DNA of 32,000 nucleotides from Promethearchaeota archaeon. GTDB taxonomy: Archaea > Asgardarchaeota > Hermodarchaeia > Hermodarchaeales > Hermodarchaeaceae. The notes under the pieces were generated by a model. The model saw only the letters and a list, made by a program, of their open reading frames with translations. It had not been told where the DNA came from and did not search any database. A program made the translations under genes and the position numbers. Of this stretch, positions 1 through 8,923 are shown piece after piece. The stretch covers positions 15,786-47,785 of the forward strand of contig JBHLMI010000020.1 of the NCBI GenBank assembly GCA_048938295.1. Reading direction: 5' to 3'. Position 1 is the stretch's first letter. Each line of letters opens with the position of its first letter.

Positions 1-15
1 AGGTTACACTATTAG

Positions 16-864
16 CTATTTGGGTTTCTCGGGTTTGGTACCAAGTTTTGATATGGTGCCGACTGTACCATCGTTGAAGTGCGGTGAACGGTGTAAGCTA
101 TCGCCATATTTTTCGATTTCCCGGGCTTCATCCGCAAGACGCGCAGCAGTTCGCATCATTTCATGGGCACTGGCCACAAGGGGAATATACTTCTCGTGTT
201 CTTTCTCTTTGAAACAGCCGTTCACGTTGATAGGGGCTACTGCAACTGCCATTTCGTAAGCTGCCATCGCTTTTGCTTTTGCGTAGGGATTGGTAAAGTT
301 ACCCGCATTGACAGCGCGTGTGGCATTAATTATGAGGGTTGGAAGTGTGGGCGCTTTACCAGTAGCGATAGTGGTGATAACCTCATCTAGGGCTAGCTGT
401 ACTCGTCGAAGGGCGCCGGTCGCTGCTAAAACCCGAACCACATCAGCATTGAAGAGCGCCATTTCAGTGGGATCCAAGAATTCACGTCGTGCTCCAATCA
501 TCGAGTCAGCTGGAAGGAGGATATATCCAAATCCTGCTTCGGCTAGGGATTCACGTTGATCCTTGGGTAATAGATCAGAGAGTAAGATGACAGGAATTCC
601 TGCTTCCTTTATGAGGGTTCTGGCTTTCGCTGGCCCTTTGAGTGCCGCGTTGGGGCTTGGAATGAGTACGAGATGTGGTTTTTGTTCGATAAGCAATTTC
701 GCGCTGCGTTCTGCAGCAGCTTCGTCCATCTTGGCACCGGAGCCAATTAATATAACATCGAAGTTCTCGCGTTCTGCGCGTTCATCGAAAAGAAGTTCGA
801 GTAATGGTGATGCTCCGATGTTACCGAGTTTGAGGACACCGAGGAGAAAGGGTGAGGAACTCAA
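16..864 (-). CDS. mtd: F420-dependent methylenetetrahydromethanopterin dehydrogenase
   Basis: N-terminal KLGNIGAS..LELLFDERA.RE, GSGAKM, SPNAALKGP, DSMIGARREFLDPTEMALFN and AKAMAAYEMA are all typical of Mtd. TTG start. Confidence 0.95.
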   Translation of the reverse strand: MSSSPFLLGVLKLGNIGASPLLELLFDERAERENFDVILIGSGAKMDEAAAERSAKLLIEQKPHLVLIPSPNAALKGPAKARTLIKEAGIPVILLSDLLPKDQRESLAEAGFGYILLPADSMIGARREFLDPTEMALFNADVVRVLAATGALRRVQLALDEVITTIATGKAPTLPTLIINATRAVNAGNFTNPYAKAKAMAAYEMAVAVAPINVNGCFKEKEHEKYIPLVASAHEMMRTAARLADEAREIEKYGDSLHRSPHFNDGTVGTISKLGTKPEKPK

Positions 865-972
865 TGTTTAACCACCAATTAATTCTGATTAGGTATAGTG
901 ACTAACAGCTTCTGGCGTGGTCTACTGAAAAAAGTGTTTACCTTCAAAGGAATAAGTTGGGTAGAGTAGTGT

Positions 973-2013
973 TTAGTGAGGCGCTTTGATTTTTTGTGTT
1001 GCGATTTTTCGTAGTTGGTCCAGTCTTTCATCAACTAGTTCTTCATGTAAAAATAGGCTTTTAGCGATCATCTCTTCAATTACAGCTTGCCCCTGTTCAG
1101 TACGAACGAGAACTGAAGACCATTTGCCTGGAGTGCCTGCTCCACCCACGGAAATGTCTGCGAATTCGGAGGCAAAGTCCTTGCACCCATAACAGCCTGG
1201 GTCAACCCAGCCTTTCGCTTCGTTCAATGGAATTTCCAGCGATTCTTCGCCACCTCGAGGATAAACGAGTAGTTTGCCTTTGATGTCGAGTTTCCGTAGG
1301 TTCGCCAAAGGTACGTCGAGTTCACCAACGATTTTGTCTTCCATGAGTTCCTTGAATTTGAAAACTTCACTACAGAATAACCCGATGGTCATGACTACAG
1401 TTCGATCTACTTTCTTTAGTGGGGCTAGCCGCATCCGTTGGATAGCCTGAATGTGGCAAGGTGTGCCTACGACGGCAACTTGTTTAAGTTTCAACTCTTT
1501 CATGGCATGCTTAAGAGCTACAAGATTTGCTGATCGTGTATATCGTGACTTGGCAGCAGATATGATGTCTGTGCGGGTCGTTGCGACCATTGGCTTGGGT
1601 TTCCAGGGCTCGTTAGGGTTAATTCCAGAAACGATAGCCCCCTCGATAGCGCCAGTCTCAAGTAGGTAAATAAGAATTGCTGTGACGATGCCACCATCCT
1701 GGGCTCGCTTTCGTATTGATTCATCCGCGTTTCGTAAAGCATAAGCTTGACGAAATACGCCGAGGACTGGATCCCTGTGCACATTTTCCCCATATACTAT
1801 TGGATAGATAGCAGAATAATCGTCAATCATTCGGGGACAAGATTTCCAGCAGAACTCACACTTCGTACAATCTTTCACGAGTGTGGGGCGGAGATTTTGG
1901 AGTTCAATCGCTCCGATGGGACAGGCTGCTTCGCAGCCACCACAGCTGCAGCATTTCGCGGCATTAATCACATTGACCTCTAGGTGCTCGAACCCAAGCT
2001 TTTCAGTACTCAA
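973..2013 (-). CDS. FrhB/FdhB-family F420-binding flavoprotein with N-terminal 2[4Fe-4S] ferredoxin domain (FpoF-like)
   Basis: CCSCGGCEAACP and CTKCEFCWKSCP ferredoxin motifs, plus AQDGGIVT, PWKPKP, SRYT, VGTPCHIQA, GLFC, GCYGCKDF and ADISVG. Start placed at TTG 2013, with GGTGA SD at 2019-2023. The track start is 2022. Confidence 0.88.
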   Translation of the reverse strand: MSTEKLGFEHLEVNVINAAKCCSCGGCEAACPIGAIELQNLRPTLVKDCTKCEFCWKSCPRMIDDYSAIYPIVYGENVHRDPVLGVFRQAYALRNADESIRKRAQDGGIVTAILIYLLETGAIEGAIVSGINPNEPWKPKPMVATTRTDIISAAKSRYTRSANLVALKHAMKELKLKQVAVVGTPCHIQAIQRMRLAPLKKVDRTVVMTIGLFCSEVFKFKELMEDKIVGELDVPLANLRKLDIKGKLLVYPRGGEESLEIPLNEAKGWVDPGCYGCKDFASEFADISVGGAGTPGKWSSVLVRTEQGQAVIEEMIAKSLFLHEELVDERLDQLRKIATQKIKAPH

Positions 2014-2106
2014 CGGTCTCACCGTTAATCAAAACGCTGTTGTAAAGACAAAAAGGAAGTCTGCCTACTTAAACTTGACAGACAGACCGAACTCGATAAA
2101 ATAGAG

Positions 2107-2556
2107 CTAGTCGAGTTGCCTTATTTTGGATTCAACATGCATTTTACTGGCAACTGACCGAGAGACGTGACAATATTTCTCGGTTAAAGTCACTGCTCGT
2201 TGGACCTGTTGAAGGTTTGCCTCTTTGGGTATAGTGATGTTCATGGTGACGTAGATGTCGGAGAAATACCACCCTCCTTCAGGATGCTGACGTAATACTG
2301 CACGTCCCAGAGCTTGATGGGCTATTAGTGGTTGTTTCATTCGTTTCATCATACTAGCAAAGGTGGTGATATAACATCCCGTGACTGCGGACACGAAGAG
2401 ATCCTGTGGTGAATAAACATCAGGTTTTCCATCCCAATAAACCGGCGCACTTATTGGCAACTCCGTTTTTCCAACTAAGCTGATGGTGCCTTCCTTGCCT
2501 CCGGTCCAAGTGACGGTTACATCAAATTCAATGGTTTTTGGTGTCTCGTCACCCAT
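2107..2556 (-). CDS. OsmC/Ohr family protein
   Basis: SPQDLFVSAVTGCYITT and EKYCHVSRSV carry the two conserved Cys. Probable ATG at 2556; the longer track ORF runs into the divergent intergenic region. Confidence 0.85.
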   Translation of the reverse strand: MGDETPKTIEFDVTVTWTGGKEGTISLVGKTELPISAPVYWDGKPDVYSPQDLFVSAVTGCYITTFASMMKRMKQPLIAHQALGRAVLRQHPEGGWYFSDIYVTMNITIPKEANLQQVQRAVTLTEKYCHVSRSVASKMHVESKIRQLD

Positions 2557-2711
2557 TGATGATCCCTTCCTCGGCACTGACTTACTCGGGGTTTTTAGCT
2601 CTTCGGGAGATTCGAACCGTCGGTAAAGATGCAACTGCGAAAGAAGTATTAGGTATCCTATATGACAGAATGTGTACTTTAGAGAGTATAGATAGAATTG
2701 AGGAGCTTACA

Positions 2712-3833
2712 ATGACAGGAAGTTTCGCTAATATGGATCCCTTGGAAGTGCAAAAGGCCTTCCGAGATGCTGAACTTGCACAGAAAGCAGCGCAGAGAAT
2801 CAAAGAACTAGCGAAGACGCGTTCCTTCAAGTTTATGCATCTGTGTGGAACACACGAGTATACTATTACACATTCGGGGCTTCGCCAGCTGTTACCTGAG
2901 AACGTGGAATTAATCGCTGGTCCAGGATGTCCTGTTTGTGTCTGCCCACCTGAAGATGTCGCATTAGCAATTATGGTGGCAAAGCAGCCCAATGCCCTAC
3001 TCACCACTTACGGGGATATGATGCGAGTCCCAGCAGGTGACCTTGGGTCATTGAATACAGCACGCACCCAAGGAGCTCATGTGCAGGTCGTGTACAGCAT
3101 GATGGATGCAATCATTGCTGCTAAAGAACATCCCGACAAAGAAGTCGTCCACTTTGCAATTGGCTTTGAAACGACAACGCCTCCAACCGCTGCAGAAATT
3201 CTGGGAGATCCCCCCACAAATTTCAGTGTCTTGGTAAGTCATCGTCTCATTCCACCCGCTGAAGAATTTCTGCTTAAACAGGGCGAGGTCGGATTGCACG
3301 GTTTTCTTCTACCAGGTCATGTTTCTGTCATCATTGGCGAGCAGGGATACGAGCACATATCTAAACGATGGAAAGTTCCTCAGGTTGTTGCTGGGTTTGA
3401 ACCTTTGGATGTGCTACTCGCCCTTGTGATGTTATTACAGCAAATTAAAGATGGTCGTGGAGAGGTTGAAAACGAATACACACGCGCTGTTACCTACGAA
3501 GGGAACGTCCGAGCCCAACAAATGATTGAACAAGTGTTCCAGCCAGTAGACTCACGGTGGCGTGGAATTGGTGTCATTCCGGAATCGGGTCTAGCCTTGC
3601 GTGAGAAATACATGAATTTCGATGTGCGAACACGGTTTGAGATAGAAGTGGAACCACAAAAATATGAAATGCCTCCTGGATGTAAATGTGGTGAGGTGCT
3701 CCGTGGTATTATGAGACCTGAGGAATGTCCACTCTTTGGGAACAAGTGTACACCGGAAAACCCCATTGGACCCTGTATGGTGTCTACGGAGGGGACTTGC
3801 AGTGTTGTTTATGGGGCGCAGATGATTCCTTAG
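2712..3833 (+). CDS. hypD: Hydrogenase maturation protein HypD
   Basis: MHLCGTHE, GPGCPVC, GFETT, PGHVS, GFEPLD, CKCGEV and CPLFG..CTP..PIGPCMVSTEGTC. AGGAG SD at 2701-2705 precedes ATG 2712. Confidence 0.97.
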   Translation: MTGSFANMDPLEVQKAFRDAELAQKAAQRIKELAKTRSFKFMHLCGTHEYTITHSGLRQLLPENVELIAGPGCPVCVCPPEDVALAIMVAKQPNALLTTYGDMMRVPAGDLGSLNTARTQGAHVQVVYSMMDAIIAAKEHPDKEVVHFAIGFETTTPPTAAEILGDPPTNFSVLVSHRLIPPAEEFLLKQGEVGLHGFLLPGHVSVIIGEQGYEHISKRWKVPQVVAGFEPLDVLLALVMLLQQIKDGRGEVENEYTRAVTYEGNVRAQQMIEQVFQPVDSRWRGIGVIPESGLALREKYMNFDVRTRFEIEVEPQKYEMPPGCKCGEVLRGIMRPEECPLFGNKCTPENPIGPCMVSTEGTCSVVYGAQMIP

Positions 3834-4167
3834 GTTTGTTCAGATAAGTTGCGAGAATGGTTTTGTGAAACCCGGGACTTTGAACCCATTTTTCCGCTAG
3901 TCGTTCAACTTCAATCACCTTTTCCCGGAGATAACGGTCGACAATAATTTCACGCTGAATATTTGGAATCCCTTGATTTTGCCAGAAGGTGTCCCGGATT
4001 TTCGGTGTGATTGGTTGGGGAGTGTTAGTATTATCCTGCTCAAGGGTAAACCGGGCTAGTTGTGCAGCGAGTAGCTTTGAGTCGGTGTAGAGAATTCGTC
4101 CACGAATCCAGAGTCGACATTTAGCGCGTCCTATGCAAGGACCATGGACAGTTGGACAAAACACCAC
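3784..4167 (-). CDS. Small hypothetical protein with N-terminal C-P-x5-C-x5-C-x2-W motif
   Basis: GGTGA SD 6 nt before GTG 4167 and an AAAAGTTTTAT promoter-like element near 4209-4219. The 3' end overlaps the hypD end by 50 nt. Confidence 0.55.
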   Translation of the reverse strand: MVFCPTVHGPCIGRAKCRLWIRGRILYTDSKLLAAQLARFTLEQDNTNTPQPITPKIRDTFWQNQGIPNIQREIIVDRYLREKVIEVERLAEKWVQSPGFHKTILATYLNKPKESSAPHKQHCKSPP

Positions 4168-4241
4168 AATCAATCACCGAAGGTTATCGTCGCAAGGTCA
4201 AAGATGAGATAAAACTTTTCGTATGATCAGTTTCATGTTCA

Positions 4242-5159
4242 TTAGCCAATAGGCCAGTAGATGTCTTCTGATGCCGTTGTTGCTTCAGCAAGATCACGCA
4301 TTAAGGTCATGAGGGTGAAGATGTCATAGTTGATACCTTCCCCGATTGTGGCAAATCGTTGGGATTCATTCACGAATGCTGTTTCGGGACGCCAATCAGA
4401 AGGCCAAGAAGGAACTGTTTCGAATTGAATGATGGTTTGCTTTACACCATCAGCATATGTGATGATTAGGGGGACAGTTGGGAGCCGTAGGAGATAGCTC
4501 TCAGGCCGTAGGATATCGTCGATGCCGCTCCGCACGACTTGAATGGGAGGAAAGAAGCGTTTTCCCACCTCTCGTTCTATGGGAAATGGGATGAGCTGTT
4601 CAAGAGTGGTTACATCACGTGGGCTCAAGGAGCGCGTTTCCAAGGATTCACGAAGTAGTACAGATGCGGTAATAAGATCATTAGGTTTGGTAGCATGAGT
4701 TGGAAGGGTCGGTGCAGGCCCACGGGATGCGTTGAAGGCACCCTGTGGATTGAACCCTTCCGGGGTGATACCTGGATGAGTAGGATTGAGGGTCAACCAT
4801 AAGGCAAATGGCAAGATGGGAGGCTGATTTGTGAAAATCGTGAGTTTAAGCTTATTGGAGAAAGGTCTTGTAAGATATAGGGTGTTAAAAGGTTCTGTTG
4901 AAGAGAGAGGGACAACTAACGTATAACCACCAAAATCAATAGGCGCAGGTGTTTTTCCCCGCATCTCCAAATCAACCGCAGCTTCAGAGTAGGATTTGAT
5001 GCGTTCCAAAGCTTTAGGCATTAGGAGAAGATGGGGAGGTTCTTTAGTGTAGGGTTTGAGTTGTTCGAGGAAGGAGGAGAGTAATTGATTATGCTGATCT
5101 GTAGCTACACGGTCTAAGAGTGTGAATAACGCTGGCTCTTGTTTCCGTAGACTTTCCAT
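4242..5159 (-). CDS. Hypothetical protein (305 aa, Pro-rich)
   Basis: Long ORF 38 nt downstream of aor on the same strand, with no competing ORF. No family recognised. Confidence 0.7.
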   Translation of the reverse strand: MESLRKQEPALFTLLDRVATDQHNQLLSSFLEQLKPYTKEPPHLLLMPKALERIKSYSEAAVDLEMRGKTPAPIDFGGYTLVVPLSSTEPFNTLYLTRPFSNKLKLTIFTNQPPILPFALWLTLNPTHPGITPEGFNPQGAFNASRGPAPTLPTHATKPNDLITASVLLRESLETRSLSPRDVTTLEQLIPFPIEREVGKRFFPPIQVVRSGIDDILRPESYLLRLPTVPLIITYADGVKQTIIQFETVPSWPSDWRPETAFVNESQRFATIGEGINYDIFTLMTLMRDLAEATTASEDIYWPIG

Positions 5160-5197
5160 AGTTTCATCCTACTTGGATTCGCAGGAATCCTTTCTTC

Positions 5198-7033
5198 TCA
5201 TAAATCATCGAGTCCGACTTTTTTAAGGGCAGCGGCTGAAGGGTGACCCGTCTTCCGGTCCCAGTCTCGGTAGGCATAGTAGTCATTTAGTTGCTTTTCA
5301 ATGTCAGGAACCATACCATGTGTGCCACCATTGGGAAGGGGCTGAAGCAGAAGTGTGGGAAGCCGGTCATCTTCGGGTGTGAATCCGAGATTAAGGTTGA
5401 TGAGCCTTTTCAACGTGATAATCCGGTCTCCAATATGAAGCAGTTCTTGGGGAGTCGTTTTGCGACCAATAACAAGACTATAGAACTGGGCAATCTCAGC
5501 CACTGGGAAAGTAGGGAATTGACAGATGATTAGAGAGTTGGACACTTGGCGCCAGCTTTGTGACTTGGCGGCGATTTCGCCCATGCCTTCATCGGTTTGA
5601 GGGTCATCAGCATCGATTCCCAGCTCCATTTGGACCTGTCCTTGGAGAACCATATACATATCGCCGTCAAGATGGGTACCTCCCCGTGGACTAGTCGCAT
5701 AGCTAGTCGCCATACCAAAAAGTGCACGGGGATCCCAACAGGATACTTCAAGACCCTTGACATGGACGGCTAGGTCTTCGGCATCATAGCGTTCTCCCAT
5801 TGAGCGTACACCTTCAGCGAGTATGTCACCAAAACCTTCCCGATGAGCGATCTGCTGGATTAGGTTGATAACTGGACCAGGGTTGCCCCATTCGAGGAGC
5901 ATCCCCACCTCTTTGGGTGTCAACTTATCTTGGTTCATGAGGTAGTGGGCAAACCCGATAGAGTTTCCTGTGCTAATCGTGTCTAGACCCAAGTCATCAC
6001 AGAGATGGCTCATTGTTAATACAGCATCGAGATTATCGATAAGTAGCATAGAGCCTAGTGCTGCTAGTGTTTCGTACTCGGGTCCAGATACTCGCGGAAG
6101 TTTATATTCCCCATCTGGTACTTCAACAACGCGACCACATTGAATGGGGCACCGGTGGCAGCCATCACGACCTACAAGCCGTGTTTCAGACAGGGTGGCT
6201 CCGCTAATGTTGTCATGAGTGGGAAATTCACCTTGAGTGAAGTATTTGTTAGGCATTGAACCGATTTCTTGCGAAGGACCTACTGCAGTTGCTGTGCCCA
6301 TCATACGATAGCAGTCGGGCATGAAATCTTCTATCATGATTTTGTTTGCTGATCGGGCTAGTTCTACAAGTGCATCATGATTTGCCACAGGAACAGGTTG
6401 ATCACCGACAACTGCCACGGCTTTGAGGTATTTACTTCCCATTACAGCGCCAAGACCCATGCGTCCGGCGGCTCTCCCACCTTCAGACATTATGTTTGCG
6501 TATTTGACGAGGTTTTCGCCTGCAGGGCCAATACTAAGGGTGAAGAAGCGTTTTTCATCGATATCTTCGCGCAGCAGTTGTTGCGTTGCAGAAATGGTCT
6601 GAGACCAAAGGTGTTCTGCACTGTGGATTTCCGCATTACCATAAAGGAGTGAAAGATAGAGGGGCTTTTCTGCTCGTCCTTGAATGAGAATTCCATCATA
6701 TCCTGCTTGTCGCATTTCAGCACCAAAATATCCTCCTATATCCGATTCGCCCCATAACTGAGTTAACGGTGAACGGGCACAAAGTGCCATGCGGCCAGAA
6801 CTGGGCACGGCGGTTCCAACACAGGGTCCGGCCATCAACAGCATAGGGTTATTAGGACCCAATGGTTCCGTTTCCTTTGATAAGAGAGGATAAAGTATTC
6901 GAGCTGCAAGTCCAGCACCCCCAATGAACTGATCAGCCCAATCTAGTGGTGTGGGTGCATCTTTCAAGAGTCCTTTCGTTAAATCGACATGGAGCATTTT
7001 TCCGGTGAAGCCATTTCCGTTCTTCTTTGACAT
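5198..7033 (-). CDS. aor: Tungsten-dependent aldehyde:ferredoxin oxidoreductase (AOR/WOR family)
   Basis: FTGKMLHVDLT, IGPAGENLV, RAAGRMGLGAVMGSK, CHRCPIQC, GPEYET, DDLGLDTISTG, SLIICQF and DDRLP. Confidence 0.95.
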   Translation of the reverse strand: MSKKNGNGFTGKMLHVDLTKGLLKDAPTPLDWADQFIGGAGLAARILYPLLSKETEPLGPNNPMLLMAGPCVGTAVPSSGRMALCARSPLTQLWGESDIGGYFGAEMRQAGYDGILIQGRAEKPLYLSLLYGNAEIHSAEHLWSQTISATQQLLREDIDEKRFFTLSIGPAGENLVKYANIMSEGGRAAGRMGLGAVMGSKYLKAVAVVGDQPVPVANHDALVELARSANKIMIEDFMPDCYRMMGTATAVGPSQEIGSMPNKYFTQGEFPTHDNISGATLSETRLVGRDGCHRCPIQCGRVVEVPDGEYKLPRVSGPEYETLAALGSMLLIDNLDAVLTMSHLCDDLGLDTISTGNSIGFAHYLMNQDKLTPKEVGMLLEWGNPGPVINLIQQIAHREGFGDILAEGVRSMGERYDAEDLAVHVKGLEVSCWDPRALFGMATSYATSPRGGTHLDGDMYMVLQGQVQMELGIDADDPQTDEGMGEIAAKSQSWRQVSNSLIICQFPTFPVAEIAQFYSLVIGRKTTPQELLHIGDRIITLKRLINLNLGFTPEDDRLPTLLLQPLPNGGTHGMVPDIEKQLNDYYAYRDWDRKTGHPSAAALKKVGLDDL

Positions 7034-7074
7034 TGGATTCCTTCCTAGAATTTGGGGTGAAGTGATATGTACAG

Positions 7075-8247
7075 TTAGAAATCTATGGACTTGCCTTCAA
7101 ACATATAGTGCCAGAATCGTTCAATATCCTCGTTTGTCGGTTCGCGACAATTGAATATATTGACGGCTGATTCTTGGGTAAATCGGACTAAGTCATCAAA
7201 ATGGCTCTCAAATTTCTCCTTTGATATCCCGTAGGCTTTGAGGCTGCGTGGAACTTCGAGTTCATCCATTATCTTCCACACCGCATCACGAAGTTTTAGG
7301 GTTGCTTTTGTGTCATCGTCCTTTGAATCAGCCACGCCGATTGCCCGGGCGAGTTCACCATACAAATCAGCACTCGTTTTTAGGGCAAACTCGATGGAGT
7401 AGGGCAGCACTATTCCTACGGTGAGTCCATGGGGCATTTTGAAGATGGCACCCATAGCATGTCCAAAGGAATGTGTGATGCCTAAGAATGAGTTACTCCA
7501 CGCTAATCCGCTGATGGTAGCAGCATTATGCAGTTTTTCACGGGCTTCGGTGTCATCCGGGTTTTCAAACACTTTGGGTAAATACTCCATAATCATTCGC
7601 GCGGAATGGATACATAAGGCGTTGCTAAAGTCATTCCGCCATTGAACAGTATAGCCATCGATGGCCTGACCCAGCGCATCCATACCTGAAGAGGCAATCA
7701 CTTTTGGTGGCAACGATTTTGTAAGCGAGGGGTCTAGAATTGAGATATAGGGAATCAACTCAGGGTGGGTTAGTTCCATCTTATTACCATCTTTGGTATC
7801 TGTAATAACGGCAGCCCAAGTCGCATCGGCACCTGTACCAGATGTCGTTGGGATGGCAACAAGCATCGTTTTTGAAATGGTAATCGGTGTGAGTGGAGTT
7901 ATGTCAATAATCGGATGATCTGGATGTTCGTTCAGAATCCTAGAAACTTTTGCGACATCCATCGCTGAACCCCCACCTAAACCAATGATGATATCAGGAT
8001 CAAATGCCCGAACTTGCCTCGCACATGCCTGAGCCACTGTGTCAGGAGGTTCGGAGGTAATATCATCAAAAAAGGAAACTTCTTTTCCGCTATCTTTCAG
8101 CTTTTGCAAAATCCTGTCCAGTACGCCTAATTTTGAAAGGGTCTTATCTGTGACAACAAATACCCGTTGCCCTTCGAGCTCCTTGAGATGATCCAGTGCA
8201 TCTTCACCAAAGACGATAAGCCGTGGAGACCGGAAATACCACATCAC
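7075..8247 (-). CDS. Iron-containing (family III) alcohol dehydrogenase
   Basis: GLGGGSAMDVAK, IPTTSGTG, GMDALGQA and THSFGH..PHG. GAGG SD upstream. Confidence 0.93.
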   Translation of the reverse strand: MMWYFRSPRLIVFGEDALDHLKELEGQRVFVVTDKTLSKLGVLDRILQKLKDSGKEVSFFDDITSEPPDTVAQACARQVRAFDPDIIIGLGGGSAMDVAKVSRILNEHPDHPIIDITPLTPITISKTMLVAIPTTSGTGADATWAAVITDTKDGNKMELTHPELIPYISILDPSLTKSLPPKVIASSGMDALGQAIDGYTVQWRNDFSNALCIHSARMIMEYLPKVFENPDDTEAREKLHNAATISGLAWSNSFLGITHSFGHAMGAIFKMPHGLTVGIVLPYSIEFALKTSADLYGELARAIGVADSKDDDTKATLKLRDAVWKIMDELEVPRSLKAYGISKEKFESHFDDLVRFTQESAVNIFNCREPTNEDIERFWHYMFEGKSIDF

Positions 8248-8282
8248 TTACAACCTCTTTCGTTTCTTGAAAAAATCATGAA

Positions 8283-8334
8283 GTAAATCCTTCAAGATTT
8301 ACATCCACTTCTATGTTCCACTAAAAAAGTGGAT
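8283..8334. promoter_or_regulatory. Two adjacent inverted repeats between scp2 and adh
   Basis: GTAAATC-N6-GATTTAC (8283-8302) and ATCCACTT-N16-AAGTGGAT (8303-8334). These could be an operator or a terminator. Confidence 0.35.
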
Positions 8335-8373
8335 AGGATAAGGGAGTGAGCAGACCGCGAGGGTGATTTTAGA

Positions 8374-8781
8374 TTAAAATTCTGTTTTAATCATTTGTGC
8401 TGTTCTAACAAGTTCTTTTGCAGCTCGTGTTGCCCGCATGACTTTAGCACGATCACCAGTCAGTTTCATCTTCCGTGTGAGTAAGGCTTTAATTGGATCT
8501 AGCCGGCCTTCGATGATATCCTGCCAGTTCGCAAGTTCACCTTCATAAATGAAAGCAGTTTCTTTTACATCCCGGTTCGCTAACATAGCATGATCGCGGC
8601 ATTTCCCGTGCCACAAATCCATCCACATCACCACTTCCTCATCAAAGCCAGCTTCTTTGTTAGGCCACACTATGAAGAGGAAGTCGCCCTCCCACGTTTC
8701 AGCTGCTTCAGCATATGCCTTATTTTCGTTGAGGATTTTAACAAATTGTTCTATCCATTCAGGGGTACCAAATTGCACCAT
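8374..8781 (-). CDS. SCP2 sterol/lipid-binding domain protein
   Basis: FGTPEW..F...LN.N..Y..AA..WEGDF, DLWHGKC, W..IIEGRLDPIKALL..KMKL.GD. Confidence 0.88.
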   Translation of the reverse strand: MVQFGTPEWIEQFVKILNENKAYAEAAETWEGDFLFIVWPNKEAGFDEEVVMWMDLWHGKCRDHAMLANRDVKETAFIYEGELANWQDIIEGRLDPIKALLTRKMKLTGDRAKVMRATRAAKELVRTAQMIKTEF

Positions 8782-8923
8782 CTATCTTCACCGGATTGTC
8801 CCAAGACTTGATGAGCATTTAGCAAAGTGTATGTTTAAAATCTGGGCTTTGTTCGAATAACTCGACCCGAATGGATTAATACTAAGTGAAAAGGATGTTT
8901 TCAAAGTAAGTGATGTGATAAAA

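Noticed and set aside
2606-2618. GGTTCGAATCTCC on the minus strand, resembling a tRNA T-loop
   Set aside because: The flanks do not form a 5-bp T-stem, and no acceptor, D or anticodon arms are present.
5670-5690. AOR 'RGGTH' appeared to lack a [4Fe-4S] Cys
   Set aside because: The fourth ligand in this family lies in the later motif, present here as SLIICQF, so the cluster ligands are intact.
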